DNA from: Phycisphaerales bacterium
Lineage (GTDB): Bacteria > Planctomycetota > Phycisphaerae > Phycisphaerales > UBA1924
Reading direction: 5' to 3'
Length of the DNA: 64,000 bases
Assembly: GCA_965227775.1 (NCBI GenBank)
Contig: OZ245777.1
Span: forward strand, 1,056,001-1,120,000
Under the pieces are notes generated by a model. That model was not told where the DNA came from. It saw only the letters and a program-made list of their open reading frames with translations, and ran no database searches. The position numbers and the translations under genes were made by a program. Of the stretch, positions 30,796-39,648 are shown one piece after another (the stretch's first letter is position 1; each line of letters begins with the position of its first letter).

Positions 30796-31509
30796 TCACT
30801 TCTTCTCCAGGGCGGCGGCGAGCAGCTTGCGGGATTCGGCGTTGCCCACGAGCGACAGCGAAGTGGCAAGCCCGCCCTTGCCGTCGGCGGGCATCAGTTC
30901 GTTCAACCATTGCTTCGTAGCCGAGAGGGCGTGCAGCGGCTTCGCTGCAAGCTGCTCGGCTTGCTCCATCGCGCGTGCCGCCGGCTCTTCATGCAACTCG
31001 TGCACCAGCCCCATCTCGTAGCCGCGGCTCGCGTCGATGAGCCCTGGGTCGAGCATGAGCCTGCGGGCCTGGCCGGGCGCCGTCGCAACGAACGGGGCGC
31101 TCACGGCTGGCGAGATGCCCAACCGCGTCACCGGGTAGCCGAGCTTTGCTTCCGGATGCGCGACAACCACATCGGCGCCTCCCAGCAAGGCGCAGCCACC
31201 CGCGATCGCCGCGCCCTGCACGCCCATCACGACCGGGCACTGCAGATCCCGCATGGCCGCGATGCAACGCGACAGGTCAGTCAGCAGGCTGGTCAGGTTG
31301 GCGTCGCCCTCCTCGCCCACGCAAAGGGCGAGATCGAAGCCGGCGCAGAACACCTTGCCCTCGCCCAGCACCACCAGCGCATTGGCATCGCCGGCGTCCT
31401 CGAGGCGCGTTGCCAGGTCGGCCAACATGGCGGGTGTGAGCGCGTTTCGACGCTCCGGCCGCGAAAGGACGATCCGTTCTAGATTGCCGATGCGTTCGCG
31501 TGCGATCAC
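30796..31509 (-). CDS. Enoyl-CoA hydratase/isomerase family protein
   Basis: LSRPERRNAL, FCAGFDL, GAAIAGG; GTG start overlaps upstream stop (GTGA). Confidence 0.85.
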   Translation of the reverse strand: MIARERIGNLERIVLSRPERRNALTPAMLADLATRLEDAGDANALVVLGEGKVFCAGFDLALCVGEEGDANLTSLLTDLSRCIAAMRDLQCPVVMGVQGAAIAGGCALLGGADVVVAHPEAKLGYPVTRLGISPAVSAPFVATAPGQARRLMLDPGLIDASRGYEMGLVHELHEEPAARAMEQAEQLAAKPLHALSATKQWLNELMPADGKGGLATSLSLVGNAESRKLLAAALEKK

Positions 31510-32459
31510 GACGCGGCCCCCGCACGCGCGCGAGAGACTAACTCGTCCGCAAGGGCACCGGCCGTAGCGAGCTTGCCGTGATCGACGCCAGTCGCGAAAC
31601 CGGCTTCCTCGACCACCTGCACGAGCGTGCTCGTCGCGATGTTCCCGGGCGCTCGCTTGCCCGGCGTCGAGGCGTACGGGCATCCGCCCAGTCCGCCGAC
31701 GGCGCCATCAAACGATCGCACGCCGGCCTGCAAGCCCGCCCGCACGCAATCGGCGGCGCGGCCGAACGTGTCGTGTAGGTGCAGGTTAAGCACGGCACCG
31801 TCGATGTGGTGAAGGCCCACGATGCGCTCTGTCACGTCCTCCGGCGTTGCTTGGCCGATGGTGTCGGCGATCGATAACTCATCGACGCCAAGATCGCCCG
31901 CCAGCTGCTCCGAGACCCGCACCACCGCCTCGACACCGATGTCGCCCTCGAACGGGCACGCAAACGCGCAGCTCACATAGCCACGGAGGCCGAGCCCGTG
32001 CTCGCGCGCCGATGTGGCGACCGGGGCAAAGCGCTCGAGCGTCTCGGCGATCGACGCGTTCGTGTTCTTTTGGCTGAAGGTCTCACTGGCGGCGGTAAAC
32101 AGGCACACCTTGTCGATTGCCCGCCGGCCCGATGCCTTTGTTGCGTGTTCGTTTACCTCCAGCAACCGCTCCATACCCCTCATGTTCGGCACGAGTGCGC
32201 TGAAGGTGACGTGCTCGGGCAGATCTCCGCCGAGCAACTGGAGCAGCTCCGCCGCATCGCCAAGCTGCGGAATCCACTTCGGGCTGACGAAGCTGGTGAG
32301 CTCGATCTCGGGCAGGCCTGCCGCGATCAGCGCCCGAACGAGCGCGGCCTTGTCGTCCGTCGGCACGCGTCCGGCCTCGTTCTGTAGCCCGTCCCGCGGG
32401 CCGACCTCAACGATCCGCACCGTGCTCAGGGGCTGCTGGTTGGGCTGCTCGGGTGGCAT
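31506..32459 (-). CDS. Hydroxymethylglutaryl-CoA lyase
   Basis: EVGPRDGLQNE, SFVSPKWIPQL, ADTIG, HLHDT, GLGGCPYA, GNIAT. Confidence 0.93.
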   Translation of the reverse strand: MPPEQPNQQPLSTVRIVEVGPRDGLQNEAGRVPTDDKAALVRALIAAGLPEIELTSFVSPKWIPQLGDAAELLQLLGGDLPEHVTFSALVPNMRGMERLLEVNEHATKASGRRAIDKVCLFTAASETFSQKNTNASIAETLERFAPVATSAREHGLGLRGYVSCAFACPFEGDIGVEAVVRVSEQLAGDLGVDELSIADTIGQATPEDVTERIVGLHHIDGAVLNLHLHDTFGRAADCVRAGLQAGVRSFDGAVGGLGGCPYASTPGKRAPGNIATSTLVQVVEEAGFATGVDHGKLATAGALADELVSRARAGAAS

Positions 32460-32644
32460 CGGGCCATCATAAACCCCGCCGCATCGCGTGCAATGTGCTG
32501 GGAACCCCTCGTGCCCCCAGGGAAGAAGGCGGGCGCTACCGTGGTTGGGCCAAGCCAAGGCCGCCCGACGAATCGGGCCGCGATCACAAGATCAACCGCC
32601 CGCCGGCATGGTGTCTGGCGGCCAACGCGTGGAGGAACCAACGC

Positions 32645-33355
32645 ATGCCATGCTTCTGCAACTGCTCGAAGACGACCCAGATCGGTGCCGCCGTGGCCAT
32701 CATGGCCGGGGCGATCGCGCTGTCCAACGGGCTCGTCGACGCCGGCCAGGACGGCAACATGGGCCAGCAAGCAGCCCAACAAGACTTCACGCTCGAGACG
32801 CTGCTGACGCGTGACCTGACGTACGCCACGCCGGGCAACGAGCGGTATGACGCCGCGTGGGAGAAGATCCAGAGCCAGCTTGGCAAGCCCGCACCCAGCT
32901 TCACCGTTGGCGAGTGGCAGCAGCTCAACGGCACGCCCAACGTCAGCGACATCAAGTCGATGCGCGGCGACATCGTGGTCATCGACTTCTGGGGCACGTG
33001 GTGCCCGCCCTGCCGTGCGGCGATGCCCAACAACAGCAACATGGCAGACAAGTATGCTGAGAAGGACGTCCGCATCATCGGCATCTGCAACACGCGCGGC
33101 TCCGACAAGATGATGGAGACAGCCGAGGCACACGATGGCCGCTTCCCCATGGCCGCCGACATCGATGACAAGACCAAGGACGCCTACGGCGTGCAGTGGT
33201 GGCCCTACTACGTCGTTGTCGATCGCGACGGCATCGTTCGTGCCGCCGGCGTCAAGAGCGACAAGATCTCGACAGTGGTCGATCGCCTGCTCGCGATCCA
33301 GCCCCCGCGTGAGAAGGAAGAAGGCGAGATGACGCCCCGCCGCCGCAACCGCTGA
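32645..33355 (+). CDS. TlpA-family thiol-disulfide oxidoreductase
   Basis: VIDFWGTWCPPC, YGVQWWPYYVVVDRDG; N-terminal hydrophobic segment. Confidence 0.9.
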   Translation: MPCFCNCSKTTQIGAAVAIMAGAIALSNGLVDAGQDGNMGQQAAQQDFTLETLLTRDLTYATPGNERYDAAWEKIQSQLGKPAPSFTVGEWQQLNGTPNVSDIKSMRGDIVVIDFWGTWCPPCRAAMPNNSNMADKYAEKDVRIIGICNTRGSDKMMETAEAHDGRFPMAADIDDKTKDAYGVQWWPYYVVVDRDGIVRAAGVKSDKISTVVDRLLAIQPPREKEEGEMTPRRRNR

Positions 33356-33386
33356 TCCACCGGCTCTCTACTGGAAAGCAGCATCC

Positions 33387-33412
33387 ACGCCCGCGACCCG
33401 CGGGCGTTCTTC
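33387..33412. terminator. Hairpin between convergent genes
   Basis: ACGCCCGCG-acc-CGCGGGCGT-tctt. Confidence 0.5.
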
Positions 33413-34448
33413 ATGCGCGAGCAGCTGGTGATTCCAGCACATCGAGCATTGCCCGGGCGATCTCGATGGGTACCGACGCGTGCATCGCGTGCAGGCCGTC
33501 GATCGGCTCGCCTTGCGGCAGCCGCGGGTGCAGACCCTCAACACGCGCGCGATCGGCCACAACGGCGACGCCCATCGAGAGGGCGTACGCAACCAGTCCC
33601 GGGCTGGCGTGCTCGTGCTTGGCCGATCCGTACGCCGCGAGCGCGAGCCGCACACGGGCGAGCCGCTGCGGCAACCCGTCGCTGTCGAGCAGGATGCGCG
33701 TATGCCCCGCTTCGGGAAGGCGAGCAACGCGACGAGCCGCGGCGCACCCCGTCGGCAGGATGAGGTCGATCGGCCCGGACGCCGCTGACGCGAGCGCCGC
33801 TCCGCGCCATGCGAGCGTGGCCGAGCCCGATGCGGCCGGATCAGCCAGAAGCGCGACGCGCGTCACGGCCCCATCCGAGTCGTCACCTTCGTCCGCCATC
33901 GGCAGCCGTGCCGGAGATACAGCGGCGCGTAGAACGCGTTCTGCGAGCGGCGCGATCGCCGCATCGTCGCCGTGCGGGCTGCGTACCAGCTCGGGGTTCG
34001 TCGCTTCGATGTCCGGGCGGTGCGGGTCGGCCTCGAGCAGGAGGGCCAGGTCGCCCCGGCCGGGCCCAAATCCGGTCAGACGGGCAACGCGCGCCGCGAA
34101 GGCGCTCCACGCGATGCACGCATCGAACCGAACGCCGCACCGGCGCACGAGCTTGCGCAAGACGTTGGCGGTCGCATGGGGCGTGCCGAACGGCACTGGC
34201 ACGCGCGCAACGGGGCCAGCGCCAAGGGCAGCCACGCGCCGCTGTACCGCCGGTGGGCCCAGCGCGATCACCGCGTGCGCATCGGCGGGCGCGTGCGAGT
34301 CCTCGGCGTCGAGCATCGCGGCGCAGGCCAAGGCGCTGAGGTCGCCGCCGCGTTCCAGTTGGTCCAGGCGCGCCCCGCCCTCGGGCGGTGGCATACCGGG
34401 GTGGTCTGCCTCGACCAGGTGGAGCAGCCTGTAGGGGGTGCGGGCCAT
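33411..34448 (-). CDS. Hypothetical protein, possibly degenerate GT-B (GT4-like) fold
   Basis: N-terminal RLLHLV, FDACIAWS, YALSMGVAVVA (cf. EAMAxGxPVV). Confidence 0.5.
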   Translation of the reverse strand: MARTPYRLLHLVEADHPGMPPPEGGARLDQLERGGDLSALACAAMLDAEDSHAPADAHAVIALGPPAVQRRVAALGAGPVARVPVPFGTPHATANVLRKLVRRCGVRFDACIAWSAFAARVARLTGFGPGRGDLALLLEADPHRPDIEATNPELVRSPHGDDAAIAPLAERVLRAAVSPARLPMADEGDDSDGAVTRVALLADPAASGSATLAWRGAALASAASGPIDLILPTGCAAARRVARLPEAGHTRILLDSDGLPQRLARVRLALAAYGSAKHEHASPGLVAYALSMGVAVVADRARVEGLHPRLPQGEPIDGLHAMHASVPIEIARAMLDVLESPAARA

Positions 34449-34467
34449 CGGGTGATCGTTGGCCGCC

Positions 34468-35112
34468 TCAGTTCCCAGCGCGAGCGCTGAAGGGCTGCTC
34501 GACGGTGTAGAACAACTCGGCCATCGCTCGGCCGGTGTATTCGGCCAGTTCTTCCATTGCCGTACGCTGCTCGGGGCCGCTCGAGGGCACGTAGTCCGGC
34601 CGCACGCGCATGGTGACGTCCAGCGCGTAGCCCTGCGGCGGGTCCTCGGGCCAGGCCTTCTCGTTGGCCGAGACGTCGATGACCTTCACCCGCAGGCGGG
34701 CATTGGGGCGATACTCGCCCGTTGAGGCAGCAAGAGAGAATCCCTCGACGCGGGCCCACACGACCTGTTCGGCACCGATGGCCTTGCCGATCTCGGTCAG
34801 GCTCATGCGCTCCTGCGTGCTATCGCGCTGCAGCACCGCCATGGTGTCGCGCGCATCGATGACCTCGCGGATCTTGGCACCAGATGCCAGTCGCTCCTGC
34901 ACGGTCGAGAGCATGACGCGCCGATAGCCCATGGATGGCACCACGCTGTCAGGGTCGTCGATGACCACGGCGACGCTGCGCTGGCGGTCGAGCCGGTACT
35001 CGGCGTGCACCTTGGGTGGGCCGTGTACAAGGACGGCGATGGGCGCCACGATGTTGCAACCGGCGGCAAAGAGCACCAGCAAGACCATCAAGGAGAGTGG
35101 GAGGGTGCGCAT
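34468..35112 (-). CDS. Lipoprotein, CsgG-like alpha/beta pattern
   Basis: Lipobox LFAAG-C; IGKAIGAEQVVWARV...LRVKVIDV. Confidence 0.7.
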   Translation of the reverse strand: MRTLPLSLMVLLVLFAAGCNIVAPIAVLVHGPPKVHAEYRLDRQRSVAVVIDDPDSVVPSMGYRRVMLSTVQERLASGAKIREVIDARDTMAVLQRDSTQERMSLTEIGKAIGAEQVVWARVEGFSLAASTGEYRPNARLRVKVIDVSANEKAWPEDPPQGYALDVTMRVRPDYVPSSGPEQRTAMEELAEYTGRAMAELFYTVEQPFSARAGN

Positions 35113-35116
35113 CGGC

Positions 35117-35791
35117 CTAGTACTCCTGGTACTCGGGGTACCGCTCCTTGTGGTCGTAGAAGAACCACGACGAACGATTGGCAAAGCGCCACAAGAGCTG
35201 GGAAGCCACGTCTTCGGCCGAGAGGTCGTCGATCGTTGTGTTCGGCTGATCCGGGAAGGTGACGTTCACGTACTGCTCGAGCCGGACGTCGTCCTCCAGG
35301 TAGCTGTCGGCCTCGATAACCAGCAGATTGCCGGCGGCCTGTCCGCTCCACACGTACTCGTTGCCCGGTTCGGCCAGGCGGAACTCATCGAGTTGGATGA
35401 TGACTAGCCGCTCGACGTCGAACCGCGCGGCGATCTCGTCGAAGGTGCGGTCGAGGAGCCCGGGCTCGTCGTACAACACGCGCTGGATGTCGCGGGCGGG
35501 CACGATGCTCTCGACACCCGCGTTGGCCTGCAGACGCGCGATGATCTCGCCCAGAATCGCCGGTGCGATCTGCGGCGACACCATGTCGATCTCCCGTGAA
35601 ACATCGACGATGACCGCGACCCGCTCGGCCTCGAGCCCGTCGTAGACGCGCTCGACGGTGATGGTGCCCGAGCGGCGGCGCTCGGCCTCGATCGCGCCGA
35701 AGAAGCCGACGATGTTGCACCCGCTTGCGGTCACGCACGCGAGCAACAGCGAGACGACGGCGATGGAACGGGCGGAGCAAGATCCGGTCAT
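35117..35791 (-). CDS. Lipoprotein, paralog of the adjacent gene
   Basis: Lipobox VTASG-C; shares GCNIV and VAV(V/I)xD with 34468..35112. Confidence 0.7.
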   Translation of the reverse strand: MTGSCSARSIAVVSLLLACVTASGCNIVGFFGAIEAERRRSGTITVERVYDGLEAERVAVIVDVSREIDMVSPQIAPAILGEIIARLQANAGVESIVPARDIQRVLYDEPGLLDRTFDEIAARFDVERLVIIQLDEFRLAEPGNEYVWSGQAAGNLLVIEADSYLEDDVRLEQYVNVTFPDQPNTTIDDLSAEDVASQLLWRFANRSSWFFYDHKERYPEYQEY

Positions 35792-35861
35792 GCGACCTCC
35801 GACTTGAGAACCTGGGAGCGGATCGCGAAACAGGCTGCGAATCGGAGCGACGGGGTTCGTC

Positions 35862-36362
35862 TCAGCCGCTCTCAAACACAGCCATCTTGTACGCCCACGC
35901 GGCCAGCAGGATGCCACCTATGAGCCACCACGTGCGACCCCGGAAGATCTTGGTGCTCTGACGCACCGTTTCGGCCCCGGTGATCGCCCCATGCAAGCCG
36001 CACCAGAGGGCGACAGCGGCGACCAAGGAGAATATGGCCCCTGCCGGCTGCACGAGAAACGAGCCGATCAGATCGCCATTGGCGGCGTGGGTCACGGCGG
36101 TAGTCATGCCACAGGTCGGGCACGGGGCGTCGAAGGCCACCACCCACGAGCAGCTGGGCAGCCCGAGCCGGGTGTGGGTGCCATGCCCCTCGGCGGCGGG
36201 TGTCAGCGAGGCCCCGACCGCAAGCGGCGCCGCGGCAACCGCCGCCACGATACCGCCAAGCAGCCTCGGCCCGAGAGTCCCCGGCTCCCGCTGCGGAGGC
36301 GGGCTCGTCGGCGGCTGGTCCGGCCGGTTACGAAGCGGGAACTGATCGGCTTCGGGCTCCAT
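35862..36362 (-). CDS. DUF2752-family membrane protein
   Basis: GTHTRLGLPSC...PCPTCGMTTA...QPAG; TM helices. Confidence 0.8.
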   Translation of the reverse strand: MEPEADQFPLRNRPDQPPTSPPPQREPGTLGPRLLGGIVAAVAAAPLAVGASLTPAAEGHGTHTRLGLPSCSWVVAFDAPCPTCGMTTAVTHAANGDLIGSFLVQPAGAIFSLVAAVALWCGLHGAITGAETVRQSTKIFRGRTWWLIGGILLAAWAYKMAVFESG

Positions 36363-36463
36363 CGCCAACATCGTAAACGCTCGGCGAAGCGACAGGCCAT
36401 CCGAGCCCTGTGCTGCACGCCGAATCGGGGCATCCTGTATGGCGACAAGGCTACCCGCAAATA

Positions 36464-36481
36464 TTTCAATTATTTTTGAAA
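36464..36481. promoter_or_regulatory. Putative operator of the adjacent GbsR-type regulator
   Basis: Perfect TTTCAA-N6-TTGAAA inverted repeat in the divergent intergenic region. Confidence 0.6.
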
Positions 36482-36523
36482 CGACTAGTGGACTGGGCCG
36501 CCTCGTTCTGCGATACTGAGGGG

Positions 36524-37087
36524 ATGGATCCGGCGCCTTCCCAGACCCCTGACGCAGCCGCCCGAGAGGCCCAGGACGCCTTCGTGGCCTCGTGGGGCCA
36601 GATGGCCGGGGCATGGGGCATCAGTCGAACGATGGCCGAGGCCCATGCGCTGCTATTTATTACCGGGCAGCCGATGAACACCGACGAGGTGATGGAACGC
36701 CTGCAGATCTCGCGCGGCAACGCGTCGATGTCGCTGCGGGCGCTGCTGGAATGGGGCATCGTCAGCAAGGCCCACAAGCGCGGCGACCGCAAGGAGTACT
36801 TCCAGGCAGAGCAGGACGTGTGGGCCATGTTCCGCGCGATCGTGCGCGAGCGGCTGAAGCGCGAGGTCGAGCCGCTGATCGCTCAGCTGCACGAGATCCG
36901 CGATCAGACCAGCTCCAAGCGGAGCGCAACTCGCCGCATGATCGATCCCGATCTCGAGGCCCAGAACAACCGCCTCGATGAGCTGCTCGAATTCCTGGCA
37001 ACGGTCGACCAACTCGGGCAGCGATTTGCCAGCCCGCAGGGTCGCGGCCTACGTGTAGCCGCCAAGATGTTGGCCAAGGTGACGTGA
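36524..37087 (+). CDS. GbsR/MarR-family transcriptional regulator
   Basis: WGQMAGAWGISRTMAEAHALL, LQISRGNASMSLRAL, GDRKEYF. Confidence 0.9.
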   Translation: MDPAPSQTPDAAAREAQDAFVASWGQMAGAWGISRTMAEAHALLFITGQPMNTDEVMERLQISRGNASMSLRALLEWGIVSKAHKRGDRKEYFQAEQDVWAMFRAIVRERLKREVEPLIAQLHEIRDQTSSKRSATRRMIDPDLEAQNNRLDELLEFLATVDQLGQRFASPQGRGLRVAAKMLAKVT

Positions 37088-37512
37088 GCATGACGGCCGC
37101 CCACACCAGCACGAGCTTCGAGCGGCGCGTTCGCCCCAAGCCGGTCACGCGGCCGGCCTGCCTGCGCCTCCGTTGGAGCGTGGCCCCGAGCGCCTTGGGC
37201 CGATCGGCTCGCAAGCCATTGGTGCTGGAACTCCTGCTCAATCACAGCGACGAAGCGTGCGTCTTGCTCGACGGCGAACCGCTGGAGTCCGCTCGATCAT
37301 GGGCGAGCACGTGGAATGGCGAGCTGACCGTTCGCCGTGTCGCAAGCGGGCCTGGCGCAGGTCTGCTGATCGTCGAGGCCGCTCCACTGGCGGTTGCCGT
37401 GCTCGGCTCGCGCGATGATGAGCGGCCGTTCCATGTGGCGTGCGACCTGCCGAAGGCACTCGGCCTCGCCGGTGGTCGCTACGAGCTCGCCAGCGGTGAA
37501 TTGAACTCTTAG
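37084..37512 (+). CDS. Hypothetical protein
   Basis: GTG start overlaps the regulator's stop (GTGA); fills the gap before the next gene. Confidence 0.55.
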   Translation: MSMTAAHTSTSFERRVRPKPVTRPACLRLRWSVAPSALGRSARKPLVLELLLNHSDEACVLLDGEPLESARSWASTWNGELTVRRVASGPGAGLLIVEAAPLAVAVLGSRDDERPFHVACDLPKALGLAGGRYELASGELNS

Positions 37513-37542
37513 ATCGACTGCCAGAACACTTCGTCAGCTTGC

Positions 37543-38721
37543 TCAGCAGCCCGCGTCGAACGCGTTCTGGAACGCGAGGAAGTCGAAGATCGTCAGCGAC
37601 CCATCGCCATCGAAGTCGGCGAGCGGATCGCCGCTGTCGAAGAGGTTCTGGAACGCGAGGAAGTCGAAGATGGTCAGCATTCCGTCACCGTCCAGGTCGG
37701 CCTGGCACGGCGTGCCGCCGGCGGAGAGCGCGAAGCCGCGCAACCGGCCTGCCGGATTCACACCGATCCCGATGATGACACCATCGTCGTTCAGCCCTTG
37801 TGCGGTGATCAGTTCCCAGCCGTCGCCCGTATCGTCGACGAGGTCCGCCAGCAACCGGACTCCGGCGGTCTCGTCCCACACGATGGCGCCCAAGCTCGAT
37901 TGACCGACCGCGAGCGCATCACCATTGACAGCGTTCAGCTGCGAGGGAATTGATGGGCCCAGATCGATGCCGACATCGGTCGCCTCGCCGCTCGCGTTCC
38001 ACACGGTGGCGCGCATGTCCGGGCCCGATTGTGCGAAACCGACAATCATTCCCATTGGTCCTCGGTCAAACGCGGCATCAACGCCCGCCACGGTCGCGTC
38101 GAGGCGTCCGAGCAAGCGAGCCTCGCCACTCTCGGGCCACACGATGCCGCGTCCGGCTCCCGCTCCATCCGGGTGGTGCATCGACGAGCCAAGCACCGCG
38201 CCATCGTCCTCGATGCGCAGCACGGTGGCGAGTTCGTCCCACGTGTCGAGCGGACGCGGTGCGCCGGAGGCCAACGGCCAGACGATCGGCGATTGCAACA
38301 GGCCGATCTGCAGCAGCGCCTCGCCCGAGTCGTTGACGCCAACCGCCCGCACAGGCGTGCACTCGGTCGGACCGATCGGGACCATTCCGTCGCTGCTCGT
38401 CCAAAGGAATGAGCCCGTCTCGCCACAGGCTCGATCGCTCACCCCCACGATGAGGCCGCTGGCGATCGAGATCGCCTCGCTCTCGCGACCACCGTCGAGC
38501 GTGCCGAGGAATTCTGCCGGCGCGTCGAATGACTCCCATCGCGTCGCGACGCGGTCCGCCGCAACCCTCACGGATCCGACGATCACACCGTCGTCGTCGA
38601 TCGCCGTCACGATCGAGTCGACGGTACCGGGCGGTACGTCCAACTCGTGCAGGGTGTATTGGCCAAACACAGGTGAGGCCGAAGCCAAAAACAAGCCGGT
38701 TGCGGTGGCGACTTTGCTCAT
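37543..38721 (-). CDS. Secreted HAF-repeat-like protein with dockerin-like module
   Basis: Signal peptide; repeats AIDDDGVIVG, LGTLDGG, GVNDSG, AVNGDALAVG, GLNDDGVIIG; terminal dockerin-like module. Confidence 0.85.
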   Translation of the reverse strand: MSKVATATGLFLASASPVFGQYTLHELDVPPGTVDSIVTAIDDDGVIVGSVRVAADRVATRWESFDAPAEFLGTLDGGRESEAISIASGLIVGVSDRACGETGSFLWTSSDGMVPIGPTECTPVRAVGVNDSGEALLQIGLLQSPIVWPLASGAPRPLDTWDELATVLRIEDDGAVLGSSMHHPDGAGAGRGIVWPESGEARLLGRLDATVAGVDAAFDRGPMGMIVGFAQSGPDMRATVWNASGEATDVGIDLGPSIPSQLNAVNGDALAVGQSSLGAIVWDETAGVRLLADLVDDTGDGWELITAQGLNDDGVIIGIGVNPAGRLRGFALSAGGTPCQADLDGDGMLTIFDFLAFQNLFDSGDPLADFDGDGSLTIFDFLAFQNAFDAGC

Positions 38722-38927
38722 GTACAGAAGATACCCGTGGCTGCCCCTACTCAGATGAACAATCTTGGAGAAAAGAAGTCCGATAATACCTATATTGCCA
38801 ATCTTTTTGCGGGTAGAGCTTGCATTTCAAGAATTCTTATTTTGGATCGTCGGGTAGACTGCGTGCGGAGGAGTTGCCCGGCTCGGTGGGAGCCGTGGCC
38901 CAGCGCACCCGTAGTGGGGGAGACTCG

Positions 38928-39551
38928 ATGACCCGTTCCGCAGCCACCTTTACCGCCCTCGCGGGCGTCGCAGTCGTCTCGGCAACGTCCGCCGGCCAAG
39001 TCGTCAACGTCATGGGATCTGTGGCGGCGAGCACCGAGCGAACCGGATCCAACTTCCGCGCTTCCGTTGAGTACCGCGTATTGGGCGACGAGCGCGGAGA
39101 GTTGACCATCGATGTCACGAACACGTCGGACTCGGCTCTCGGGGGGTTCCTCACGGGCCTGGTGTTCCGCTTTGATGACGACGACGATGACGCGTCAACG
39201 CAGTTGACCTTTGGCGATCCGTCGACTTTCCTGGACACCGGTTTTGAGCGTGCCTCGCCATTTGGCATGTTTGATGGCGGGGCCGCACTTGGCGGCCATT
39301 GGCTCGGTGGCGGTAGTCCGAGCGACGGTCTGGCCTGGGGTGAGAGCGGTCGGTTCGTGTTCTCTATCCTCGCCGACGATGCCGACGACTTAACGACCTA
39401 CAACTTTATTGGTGATGCGGACAACCCCGGACTCGTGGCCCGATTCCGAGGGCTGGACGGCGGTGGCTCGGACAAGGTGCCGGTTCCGGCACCCGCGAGC
39501 TTGGCTCTGCTGGGCTTGGGCGGCCTAGCTGCGGCTCGTCGTCGCCGCTGA
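38928..39551 (+). CDS. PEP-CTERM-type (VPAP) surface protein
   Basis: Signal peptide; C-terminal VPAPASLALLGLGGLAAARRRR. Confidence 0.85.
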   Translation: MTRSAATFTALAGVAVVSATSAGQVVNVMGSVAASTERTGSNFRASVEYRVLGDERGELTIDVTNTSDSALGGFLTGLVFRFDDDDDDASTQLTFGDPSTFLDTGFERASPFGMFDGGAALGGHWLGGGSPSDGLAWGESGRFVFSILADDADDLTTYNFIGDADNPGLVARFRGLDGGGSDKVPVPAPASLALLGLGGLAAARRRR

Positions 39552-39575
39552 ATCTCACAGCCATCGAGCCGACAC

Positions 39576-39610
39576 GAAAAAGCCCGCCGAAAAGGCGGGC
39601 TTAGTCTTTT
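39576..39610. terminator. Bidirectional terminator shared by the PEP-CTERM gene and atpA
   Basis: AAAAAGCCCGCC-gaaaa-GGCGGGCTT-agtctttt. Confidence 0.75.
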
Positions 39611-39648
39611 ATGCCGCTCGAACCAGCAGAGCGACTGATTCCAGTGAC

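Noticed and set aside
38755..38850. AT-rich patch between divergent surface-protein genes
   Set aside because: Consistent with an ordinary divergent promoter; no clear dyad or repeat
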